From the NCBI GenBank assembly GCA_020184695.1, contig JAANOX010000278.1:186001-250000 (forward strand): a stretch of DNA of 64,000 nucleotides. Direction: 5' to 3'. A program made the position numbers and the translations under genes. Positions 55,175 to 64,000 of the stretch are shown piece after piece. The first letter of the stretch is position 1. The number at the start of each line of letters is the position of its first letter. The DNA comes from Histomonas meleagridis 2922-C6/04-290x. Lineage: Eukaryota > Protista > Parabasalia. A model generated the notes under the pieces. The model did not search any database and was not told the DNA's origin. It saw only the letters and a list, made by a program, of their open reading frames with translations.

Positions 55175-56578
55175 TTAAACGTCAACGATCAATTTTGGTG
55201 GATTTTCCAGTTTTAAAAACTCATTTTCCATCATTCTCTGATTATTTTTAGTTTCCAGCTCAAATTTTTTAACATTATTTCTATTGACTGATTCTTTTCT
55301 TGCATTTCTAATTTCCAAATCCAAATTTCTTTGATTCGCCAAAGATTGGAATCGAATTCCATCATTCTCTATCTGGTTATCATTCTTTAACCTTTTTGGA
55401 AACATTTTAATCTTTCCGCGAATAATATCATCGAATGTTGAATCCCAATCCTTATCCCAATCCTCCAAAAATTGCTTTTCATTAATAATTCGAAGTCTTT
55501 TACTTTCTAATTTCAATTGCTTTAATTGTTCATTTAATGAATTGATTTCTTTAATAGTTTTAATTCTTTCTTCTTCTTCTCTCATATGATATAGTTGTTG
55601 AATCGTTTCCATTGTTTGTTTTCTTTTTGCTTTAAGTTTTTCGATTTCTTCCGATTCTTTTCTTTGTTTTAATATTTTGCTTTGTAATTTGGTAAGTTTG
55701 TCTTGATCAGTTTGTAACGAACGTAAAATCATTGAGTTGTAATTACATTTAATGATAGGATATGAGTCTTTATTAAGTGGTTGAAATTGTTTATGTGTTA
55801 ATAATGTTGTTGGACATTTATTTATAATGTTTTGCGCTTTTTTAATAAGTTGTTTGGTGATAATCGTTCTTTTGGTTGAATGAAATGTATTTGGATCAAT
55901 AAGAATTTGATTAATATTGAGTTCAACCCATGCAATAACAAGAAATTCAATAAATTGTGGTGATGAACAGATAATAAAATCCATGAGTTCAAGCCAATTT
56001 GTATTATATAATAGTTCGGAAAATAAACTCCTATACAACGGCCAGATAATAAGCGGATTGTTAAGAGAATCTCTAAGTTTGGGATTATAATATAAGAATA
56101 TCGTATCAATTCGTGTTAAAACTTTGGGTGGAGGACTACAAATATCGGATATCCATTCAGAAAATATGTTTGTAAGTATGGTCATTGAAACTTCAAAGCA
56201 GAACAATAGATCACCACCAAAGCTTTGTGCAATTTGTTGAACAAAAAATGGAAGCCAATCACAGCCTAGAAGGGGCGCATGCCAATGGATAAGAGCATTG
56301 GCAATTGTAAGTGTTTTTTTCCCAAATTTTTGTTCATATTGATTTTTTGTTTGTTGAAATTGAGGACAATTAACAAGTGTTTTGAAGGCTTTTTCATTGA
56401 AAGGTAATTGTAAAATTTGTGACCAAAGTTCTTTCCTGAAATTATTAGGGAAACAATGGGATTGATTGAGAACTTTTTTTAGCTTCCTTGAAGGAATCTC
56501 AACTTTAGATCCATTTTTATTATAGAGATATAATGGTGTACATTCAAGCTGATTTAATGCACATTTTTCGTTGAACAT
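55175..56578 (-). CDS. TBC1D31/WDR67-like Rab-GAP TBC domain plus coiled coil (no WD40 part)
   Basis: FPNNFRKELWSQILQLPFN, ALIHW, CFEV..IL.N...W and PPPKVL follow the TBC1D31 pattern. Confidence 0.65.
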   Translation of the reverse strand: MFNEKCALNQLECTPLYLYNKNGSKVEIPSRKLKKVLNQSHCFPNNFRKELWSQILQLPFNEKAFKTLVNCPQFQQTKNQYEQKFGKKTLTIANALIHWHAPLLGCDWLPFFVQQIAQSFGGDLLFCFEVSMTILTNIFSEWISDICSPPPKVLTRIDTIFLYYNPKLRDSLNNPLIIWPLYRSLFSELLYNTNWLELMDFIICSSPQFIEFLVIAWVELNINQILIDPNTFHSTKRTIITKQLIKKAQNIINKCPTTLLTHKQFQPLNKDSYPIIKCNYNSMILRSLQTDQDKLTKLQSKILKQRKESEEIEKLKAKRKQTMETIQQLYHMREEEERIKTIKEINSLNEQLKQLKLESKRLRIINEKQFLEDWDKDWDSTFDDIIRGKIKMFPKRLKNDNQIENDGIRFQSLANQRNLDLEIRNARKESVNRNNVKKFELETKNNQRMMENEFLKLENPPKLIVDV

Positions 56579-57675
56579 TTTCGCTTAACGTACGAAATTC
56601 AATAAATACGTTTATTTTTAAAGACGTTTATTATTTCCGCATAAACTTATGAAAATAATTTGATGGAAGGATGAAATTGTTTCCTGAAAAATTCTTCGAA
56701 CACCTCACTAATAAGTCATATAAAAAAAGAAGAATTACAATAACATCCATTTGATCATTTTAATCAAAAAACATTATCCGGCAATAGACAAATGATCATA
56801 ACATTTTTTTGTAAAAATAATCAGTTTTTAATTTAAGCAACAGCATTTTGAAATTATCGAAAACTCAACAAATAGACATAAAATTTCTGGCTGCCAGTAA
56901 CAAAAATGTGATCGAGTTTCTTGAAGCCGTCGGGCTTTGATCGACCAGTTTTGTGAAAAAGCACAGAAAATTCAAAGCAGTTTTTTATTTTTAATCGTTG
57001 TCAAATTGACGGTTGTCCATTTTTCAAACAGCTTTTGAGAATACGGCAAATCAATTTGAATGCTTCGTCGTAAAAACGCTATAAAATTATAATGCTTTAC
57101 ACTTGTCAAAAAGCAATTTGGAACGGCAATTGTTGTTGAAAAATCACTTTTCAGACACAAATTTAGTGAATGGAAAAGTTCGATTCTTCTTTTTATAATA
57201 GCTTAACAACAATTTTATTAAGTTAACAAAATTTTTTACTATCGGTCGGGCGTTTCGTGTGTTGTTGTGTACAGATATATCTGTATTTACAAATGAAATT
57301 AACAATATTGAAATATTAAACATGAAAATTTATTTGCATTATTTTTTTATTTCGTAAATTTAAGGTAGTTAAGGGATACATTAAGCTTAATTTAATTATT
57401 GCTTTGATTTGATCATAAAATTTGATTACACAGATAAGCTTATCTGCGTTTTAAAACAATTTAAGCTTGCCGTGTTATTATGTTTTGATTTAAGCAAAAA
57501 GTTTATGAAAAATGGTGATAAATCTTGTTTGAAAGGTGAAGCCAACCGCTGCGCCAAGCCAAAGGCAAGCTTTTTCAATTAATCGTTAACGAACGTTCGT
57601 TCAAAAATGTCACGAAACAGTTCAAGCACTCAAAATTCAGAGCAGCTCTCAAAAACTTGATTTTTTGTCACTATC

Positions 57676-58657
57676 ATGTTTGGACTCTTCCTGATCCTAC
57701 TCGCAAGACCAGCCAATATAAACAAAAAAGAAAGTAATCTCGAACAAGCCCTTTTTGGCCAAGAAACAGAACTAGAACGCTTAACAAAATCAATGAAAAT
57801 CCTCAAGTGAATCTTCATCAGAATCCTCAAGTGAATCATCTAGTGAATCTTCATCTGAATCATCTAGTGAATCCTCAAGTGAATCTTCATCAGAATCCTC
57901 AAGTGAATCATCTAGTGAATCTTCATCAGAATCCTCAAGTGAATCATCTAGTGAATCTTCATCAGAATCCTCTAGTGAATCTTCATCAGAATCCTCAAGT
58001 GAATCATCTAGTGAATCTTCATCAGAATCCTCAAGTGAATCATCTAGTGAATCTTCATCAGAATCCTCTAGTGAATCTTCATCTGAATCATCTAGTGAAT
58101 CATCTAGTGAATCTTCATCAGAATCCTCTAGTGAATCTTCATCTGAATCATCTAGTGAATCATCTAGTGAATCTTCAAGTGAATCAGTATCAGAATCTTC
58201 ATCAGAATCATCATCTGAGTCCTCATCTGAATCAGTATCAGAATCATCAAGTGAATCAGTATCTGAATCTTCTATTGAGTCATCCAGTGAGCCTGCATCA
58301 GAATCATCCGTCGAATCCTCAACCGAATCTTCATCTTCAGTTCACACCACTGAAGAACACTCTTCTGCAGTTACTTCTATAGTTACTGAGACAACAGAAG
58401 CCACTGAAGGAACAGAGACACAAGAACCAGAGCCCGTCACAAGCACAGCAGTTTCATCCGAACAAGTTCCATCAACATCAGAGGAACCCGCACAAGAAAG
58501 TTCTGTTACAACAGAGGCAGTTGTCGGCATTGTAATCGCCGCTGTTGTATTAGTTGTTGCCATTGTTCTTATCCTTGTATTTACATGTAAGAAGCCAAAG
58601 AATCCAGAACCTGACTACTTAAATCAATCCGACGAAGAGAATATTACATTCATTTAA
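57676..58657 (+). CDS. Ser/Glu-rich mucin-like type I membrane protein with one +1 frameshift at A4 (57796-57799)
   Basis: [10 protein letters not shown] signal peptide. Removing one A gives [10 protein letters not shown]..., then a T/E-rich stalk, [23 protein letters not shown] and TAA at 58655. Confidence 0.8.
57800..58340 (+). repeat. 12-nt coding tandem repeat (SSSE)n, about 45 units
   Basis: TCCTCAAGTGAA / TCTTCATCAGAA / TCATCTAGTGAA variants in higher-order order. Confidence 0.95.
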
Positions 58658-58742
58658 ACTTACTAAATTCCATTGATTCAATAATTTTATTATTTTTTAT
58701 CACACTTTGTCCAGACAGATTTCACTTAACATTTCACATCAT

Positions 58743-60182
58743 TTACTGCTTCGGATAGAAGACGACGATTCCGGTGCCCGCGCGCAGTTTGTGGTTCATC
58801 AGCACCGTGCGGCCGCTGTTTCTGTTGTTGGCGGAGTGCACCCAGAACTCAAAGATCTTGAAGTCCCCTTCGTAACTTGACGGCATGTCCCAATACTGGC
58901 TGACTTTGCTGAGAGAAGTGGGAACATTTTCAACAAGGTTCGAGATGCCAATGATCTTCTCTTTGAACGTCTCAAGCGCATTCAGCGAAACAAGAACAAG
59001 ACCAAACTCCGTCTTAACCTCGTTGATGTTAAGCGTTTTGTAGACGAGAGAGCGCTGAGAGCATATTGGACCTCGGTAATAATGTTTATTAAGGTTTAGG
59101 TAGGCAACTCGATCTGATTCTTCCAAATCAATGTTGAATTTGGTCGTGATAACAACCGAATATGGAAGACATGACTCAAGAGAAATTGGTGATTCAGTGA
59201 CTTTGAAATGTTCTGGTTTAAAAAATGGCACAAGAAGTGAAAATCGATTACCAAGTGCTTCAGCTTCCTTAATAAACGATGACTCTATAACAAGTGTACG
59301 CCCTGATAAGATGGAATAAAGAATATGATGGAAGATTCCTGATTCTCTAAGATCTAACATCTTGAACTTGCATTCATTGAATTCCTTCTCTTTGTTAAGG
59401 ACGATAGGGAAAGTGCCAAGGGTCCCAAACGTCAAAAATGGGTCCAATGTGTGTTCTTTACCATAAGAAATGGCTGAACTAGAGACATCACTTTGGAAAA
59501 GAGAGTGAATATGATCTTCGAGTTCTTGTTCATGCGCTTTAAGATCTGTGATTTGTTCAAGATCTCGAAGATTATTATCAATAGTCGTGATTTGTTCTGG
59601 TGTAATACCTTCAAATGTTTTATCTTCAGACACTGTGGAGCCTGTGTTAAGGGAATCAAAAATTGGTGAAATTTCATTCATGATTGTGATTATTTGTGGA
59701 CTTTGTTCTTTGTAGGTTCTATGTAAATAATGAAGAACTTCCATACGATGGACAATTTCGCTTTTAAAAATGTTAAGTGCCGTTTGTTGCATATTTATGA
59801 GAAAATCTATAAAATAATTTGTGTGATGTAAGATTTCTCTAATTAACATAGATATTTGGTTAGCAACAACAATGCATAATGTTCTACTAAATCCACGTGC
59901 TTCAATATCTGGTACTGTACAATAAAAAGCAATATAATTATAACTTTTATATTTTGATTCTATAACTGTTGGCTTAGGACAAACTCGAGGTATATCTGGA
60001 ATTGCTGAAACTGATATTACTGCCCACATAAAATCTTCTTCTTGAATATCATTTAAATTTCCAATATGCCAATGTATCATAGGTTTATGTCCTTGAAGAA
60101 ACTCATATATTGCAGAGTAATATTCAGATGATGGAGGGTCATATGAAGTTATAACTTTTGGTGAAGAAGCTGAAGATTTCAT
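58743..60182 (-). CDS. SMCR8/folliculin-like (longin-DENN) protein
   Basis: YCTVPDIEARGFSRTLCIV matches the FLCN/SMCR8 longin motif. Likely start MKSSASS at 60182. Confidence 0.65.
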   Translation of the reverse strand: MKSSASSPKVITSYDPPSSEYYSAIYEFLQGHKPMIHWHIGNLNDIQEEDFMWAVISVSAIPDIPRVCPKPTVIESKYKSYNYIAFYCTVPDIEARGFSRTLCIVVANQISMLIREILHHTNYFIDFLINMQQTALNIFKSEIVHRMEVLHYLHRTYKEQSPQIITIMNEISPIFDSLNTGSTVSEDKTFEGITPEQITTIDNNLRDLEQITDLKAHEQELEDHIHSLFQSDVSSSAISYGKEHTLDPFLTFGTLGTFPIVLNKEKEFNECKFKMLDLRESGIFHHILYSILSGRTLVIESSFIKEAEALGNRFSLLVPFFKPEHFKVTESPISLESCLPYSVVITTKFNIDLEESDRVAYLNLNKHYYRGPICSQRSLVYKTLNINEVKTEFGLVLVSLNALETFKEKIIGISNLVENVPTSLSKVSQYWDMPSSYEGDFKIFEFWVHSANNRNSGRTVLMNHKLRAGTGIVVFYPKQ

Positions 60183-60252
60183 TTTGATCTTCTTCTTAAC
60201 GTTCCCAATATCGAATGAAAAGTGACAACTTTTAGGTAACAGTAAATTACCA

Positions 60253-60705
60253 ATGGCACAAGTTTTCATTACAGAAGAGGAATATAAAACAGATATTTAT
60301 GATTTATTTAAATTCTTTGCTCTTAAGAATACAACCCCAGAAGTTATTGATATTCCTGTTTTAAAAATGCTTTTTGATGCATTAGACAAACCTCTATCCC
60401 AAGAACAAATAAAAACTTTTTGGCTCAATTCAATTAGGAGTGGATTAGCAGGAGTACCTTATCCTGAATTTGAAAAATATTATCTTTCAGTATTCCCTTA
60501 TGATTCGTCAGCTTTACTTAAAGAAGCTTTTGATGTATTTGATACCAAAAAAACAGGTAAAATAACAATTGATGACATGAAAGATGTTGTTACAAAAATT
60601 CGTGGACAAGTTACTAATGAAGATCTTGATCAGTTTATTGAAGTTTTCGATAAATCAGATGATAAAACAATATCATTTGAAGAAGTACAAAAATCATTTT
60701 GCTAG
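60253..60705 (+). CDS. Calmodulin/centrin-like EF-hand protein
   Basis: EAFDVFDTKKTGKITIDDM and DKSDDKTISFEE EF-hands. Confidence 0.85.
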   Translation: MAQVFITEEEYKTDIYDLFKFFALKNTTPEVIDIPVLKMLFDALDKPLSQEQIKTFWLNSIRSGLAGVPYPEFEKYYLSVFPYDSSALLKEAFDVFDTKKTGKITIDDMKDVVTKIRGQVTNEDLDQFIEVFDKSDDKTISFEEVQKSFC

Positions 60706-60719
60706 CAATAAAAATTTAT

Positions 60720-61280
60720 TTATCCAAAAATTGTATCGAAAATTTTTCCCGAAATAGATGATTTCCTTGGTTGCTCTATACCCGTTTTTATTGGGTTAAA
60801 TGTGACGCTTTCTGGTATTGTTTCGTTTGTCTGTATATATTGGCTTTTAGTTCTTCCAAGAACACATGTTACAGCCATATTATTTGAAATTAATTGTGGT
60901 CCATTATTAAAAGTTGAAACAACTGTTTTTGCAATGTCAAGTGAAGCATATTTAAGATAAATCCAATTACCTGGCGTGTTATCAACGCTGATTATGTTTC
61001 CAAATCGTGAAAAAAACCGAAGTACTTCATTTGTATGACCTGGAATCACTCCAATAACAGTAACCCATGTACCAACATCAGCATTTTCTGTAACTGGTTC
61101 GATACCTTTTTGTTGTTGGTATATTGAAGTTGTTGGAATACTGGATTTATTTGCAAAAGTACCTTCAGTTAATTGTGGCGATACATTTTTATCTTCTTTT
61201 GGTTTTGCTGGAGTTGCTGCTGTTTTTGGTCTAAAAAGTCTTGTTTCTAAGAATGGTTGTTGATTTTCTTGTTCTCTCAT
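60720..61280 (-). CDS. Nup53/Nup35-like RRM nucleoporin
   Basis: WVTVIGV.P....VLRFFSRFGNI and GNWIYLKY match the Nup35 RRM. Confidence 0.75.
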   Translation of the reverse strand: MREQENQQPFLETRLFRPKTAATPAKPKEDKNVSPQLTEGTFANKSSIPTTSIYQQQKGIEPVTENADVGTWVTVIGVIPGHTNEVLRFFSRFGNIISVDNTPGNWIYLKYASLDIAKTVVSTFNNGPQLISNNMAVTCVLGRTKSQYIQTNETIPESVTFNPIKTGIEQPRKSSISGKIFDTIFG

Positions 61281-61426
61281 TTAAGCTACGACCAATTAAT
61301 CATAGAATACATTAACGTATTCCGGAGCACCTTGTTTACAGACATGTTATATGAAAAATCGTATTTTTCTTTTCACAATTTAGAAAAAAATATCAAATAC
61401 CAAACATTTTTTATATATAAATAGTT

Positions 61427-62989
61427 CTATGTTAATTTACTTTGATTTAAAGAAAATTTCATCATGACAAAAGAAGTTAAAAACGAAGCTGCAACACCTA
61501 CAGCAAGTACAGACATTGCAAAAGGAATAATATACACCAAAATTGTTATAAAAACTTGGAAACTTCGAACTTTATGTTCGAACAACATAATTCTGATGCA
61601 TAAAAAAGCAACAATTATAGCTACAATTAGATGTACTTTAATATGGTCTTCGATCCAAGATTTTGTTATTTCTTTAATCCTAGATAATGTTCTTATTAAG
61701 GAACATATACCAGAAAATGTTATATAAACCAAAAACGTCGAAGCAAAAGCATTTAAATCCGGCACAGTATCACTAAAGCACACATTAAAGAAGTATTCAC
61801 AAAGAGGAAAGAACAAAAAAATAGAAAACAAAATTTCTAAAACAAATAAAAATTTTGATAAAACAGGTTCTTTCTTTTTTGGGACATTTGATATTTGTGA
61901 TGAAGCTTCAACATCATTTTTTATTGTTAAAAATAATGCTGCCTTTCCAATAGCTTTTGATAATATAAAAGAAAGAAAGAAAAACAAAAAATCGAAAACA
62001 ATTGAATTTGTTGAACCGCCTCTATCGGATCCGGATAAACCAAAGAAAAAGTTGATGAAATGAATTGGAAATATGTAAAAAACATCAACTAAAAGAATTG
62101 CTGTAATCCACATTTGGAAACCGGAAAGAATTTTCAAAAAGTTATATATTACTGTAGGCAAAGCTACAGCTAATACATTACCAATGATAAGAGATGTATA
62201 TAAATATTTACTACAATTTTCATTTGGCTTTTTATAATAACAAATAAATAAGAAAGAAGAAATACATAAAATTCCAAAAGAAGTTAATCGAATTGTATAT
62301 GAAAATGAATGTGGAATTCTCCAAATTTCAGAAATAGATATAGATGGATTAGTTACACTGGAATTAGTAAGCGCATTATAAGAAATAATAGCAACAATTA
62401 TAATTAAAAAAATAAATGAAATAATATAAAGAATTAAATAGTTTTTCTTAATTGGAAATTCTTCGTTTGCTTGAATGCTGTTGTTATGAATTAGATTTAA
62501 ATGAAAAGAAAACACAATATGAGAACCTTCTTTGATTGGTTTAGGGTCAAATGAAGCAACAGTAAAATTGAATTCATTAAATATTGTGATTAAATATGTG
62601 GAAAAATATTGCAACGTACCGTTTTGGATTGTAGAAAAGTGGACTTTTTCCCATCTGTTGTTTTGATAAAAACGAAGATACGAATTTTCCTTTGCAATGG
62701 ATTTCATATGTTCTGCACTTTCTTTCAAAATTAAATAATCACAATGATGATATTCATTTGATTTTGTTAAATTAAATGGGATCAATTGCTGCCTTTCACC
62801 AAAGCTATAATATATTTGATATTCATGTTGAGAGTCATATTGTTCATCACAATAATGAATTCCTGGAATTTTTTGAGACCAAAATGGATTATCCACTGTA
62901 CTTACTGCGCCTACAAAAACTTTATTTGTGGCATTGTATATTGGCTTTCTTATAGAATATAAAAAATGAAAAAAGATGCACACAAACAT
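61427..62989 (-). CDS. Divergent TM9SF/nonaspanin-like multi-pass membrane protein
   Basis: Signal peptide, luminal domain and about 9 hydrophobic segments. Confidence 0.5.
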   Translation of the reverse strand: MFVCIFFHFLYSIRKPIYNATNKVFVGAVSTVDNPFWSQKIPGIHYCDEQYDSQHEYQIYYSFGERQQLIPFNLTKSNEYHHCDYLILKESAEHMKSIAKENSYLRFYQNNRWEKVHFSTIQNGTLQYFSTYLITIFNEFNFTVASFDPKPIKEGSHIVFSFHLNLIHNNSIQANEEFPIKKNYLILYIISFIFLIIIVAIISYNALTNSSVTNPSISISEIWRIPHSFSYTIRLTSFGILCISSFLFICYYKKPNENCSKYLYTSLIIGNVLAVALPTVIYNFLKILSGFQMWITAILLVDVFYIFPIHFINFFFGLSGSDRGGSTNSIVFDFLFFFLSFILSKAIGKAALFLTIKNDVEASSQISNVPKKKEPVLSKFLFVLEILFSIFLFFPLCEYFFNVCFSDTVPDLNAFASTFLVYITFSGICSLIRTLSRIKEITKSWIEDHIKVHLIVAIIVAFLCIRIMLFEHKVRSFQVFITILVYIIPFAMSVLAVGVAASFLTSFVMMKFSLNQSKLT

Positions 62990-63283
62990 AAAAAGGTCTC
63001 ATGAAATTCAGAATGTCTGTTCGAAGTTCAAAGCATAGTTAAAAGTAAAATAATGAAAAATAGAAAGTATCATATCAATCATGAATCTTAGGCCTTAACT
63101 AAATACAACCTGCAAGAATTAAAGAAGGCTCTTTTAATCATAAATCTTTTGGTTTCTTTTAAGTAATTTAACAATTGTTATGATTCTTATTTTTATATAA
63201 TAATTGATTATTTATCTCAATTGCATCATTATTTTGTAATGCAAAAAAATCCAAAAAATAAAATTTAGAAAATACAAACATAT

Positions 63284-63811
63284 TTATTGGAATTTCAAAG
63301 GTTGTCCTCTGTTATTTTTCCATATTTTTATCTGTTTCATCAAGAATATGGCTAAAAAGAACCCAGCCATCAACGGTAACACGGATAGTAATCCAATTAT
63401 CACACCCTGTTTTATATCAGATTTTATGTCACTCGTTTTCCCGTCGAGAGTATTTAAGTAATATCCGACTTTTATGTTCGGGTCAAACAATTGATTTTTG
63501 CAATAACGCCCAAATAGCGACTGGCCAACAAATGACACTTTGTTTCCAGCAATTAAATTTGCTTGTTCTGTTGTACACAAACTATAAACACGGATCTCAG
63601 ACCCTTCGTCAGCGTTTAAAAGCCTTTCACCCGAACTACATCCCATTATAGCGCATTGAAGAAAATCAACACTTGAGTTTGTCTTTTCAACACATAATAT
63701 TGAGCCATATGATTCTGCTACAGCAAGTAAAAAATAACACTGTTCAATTTTGGTATTTTCTATTCCAGTTAATAGGATACAAGTTTTAGATGCAGCATAA
63801 ACAGTTTTCAT
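63284..63811 (-). CDS. Hypothetical single-pass membrane protein
   Basis: 175-aa ORF with a C-terminal TM (VIIGLLSVLPLMAGFFLAIFL). Confidence 0.6.
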   Translation of the reverse strand: MKTVYAASKTCILLTGIENTKIEQCYFLLAVAESYGSILCVEKTNSSVDFLQCAIMGCSSGERLLNADEGSEIRVYSLCTTEQANLIAGNKVSFVGQSLFGRYCKNQLFDPNIKVGYYLNTLDGKTSDIKSDIKQGVIIGLLSVLPLMAGFFLAIFLMKQIKIWKNNRGQPLKFQ

Positions 63812-64000
63812 GTCACAATTCCGTATCGTTCCATAACCGCCATCAAGACAAAAACCGCCGTTTTGACTTTGAGCTGATGTGAAAGAAACATTAAGATAGT
63901 TGATAGATGCAAAACATTTGGATTTCTTGATGAAACATCCATGATTTATAGACTCTAGTTTGGCAAAATCTGTCTGAGAAATATCAAAAACGGAAGAATC

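Noticed and set aside
57270-57285. 16-bp palindrome TACAGATATATCTGTA in a 1-kb intergenic region
   Set aside because: Single AT-rich occurrence with no second copy, TSD or RNA motif; could be chance.
57807-58382. 191-aa (NLHQ/NPQV)n ORF
   Set aside because: It is an alternative frame of the SSSE repeat; only the Ser frame continues into stalk, TM and stop.
4851-61727. Numerous short antisense or overlapping ORFs in the track (e.g. 4851, 24870, 32657, 44220, 59131, 61464)
   Set aside because: They are shadows of longer, motif-bearing genes on the other strand or frame.

Overview
AT-rich, gene-dense eukaryotic DNA, most likely from a parabasalid (trichomonad) protist. This rests on the trichomonad-type 5S rRNA, TCATT initiator elements, BspA-like and DUF3447/ankyrin families, and near absence of canonical introns. 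It holds about 30 protein genes, including Vps41, Rho, Ada1, BEACH, a kexin-like protein, Rab, a Not1-like protein, GH13 amylase, Thg1-like, Ash2-like, UNG, maspardin, two BspA copies, TTLL, a TBC protein, SMCR8/FLCN-like, Nup53 and TM9SF-like. A tandem array of four 5S rRNA genes alternates with three damaged MLF-like gene copies. The standout is the ankyrin gene at 39513-43574. Each of its 15 inter-repeat loops is broken by 17-nt inserts (58 in total, one of 18 nt; mostly RT...TT, never ...AG) that flank single codons. Removing them gives one 1024-codon ORF with canonical ankyrin loops (e.g. KD-K-N-G-N-T). This points to an apparently undescribed mini-intron/3-nt-microexon, bypassing or DNA-excision system. 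All calls come from reading the sequence; no database searches were run.
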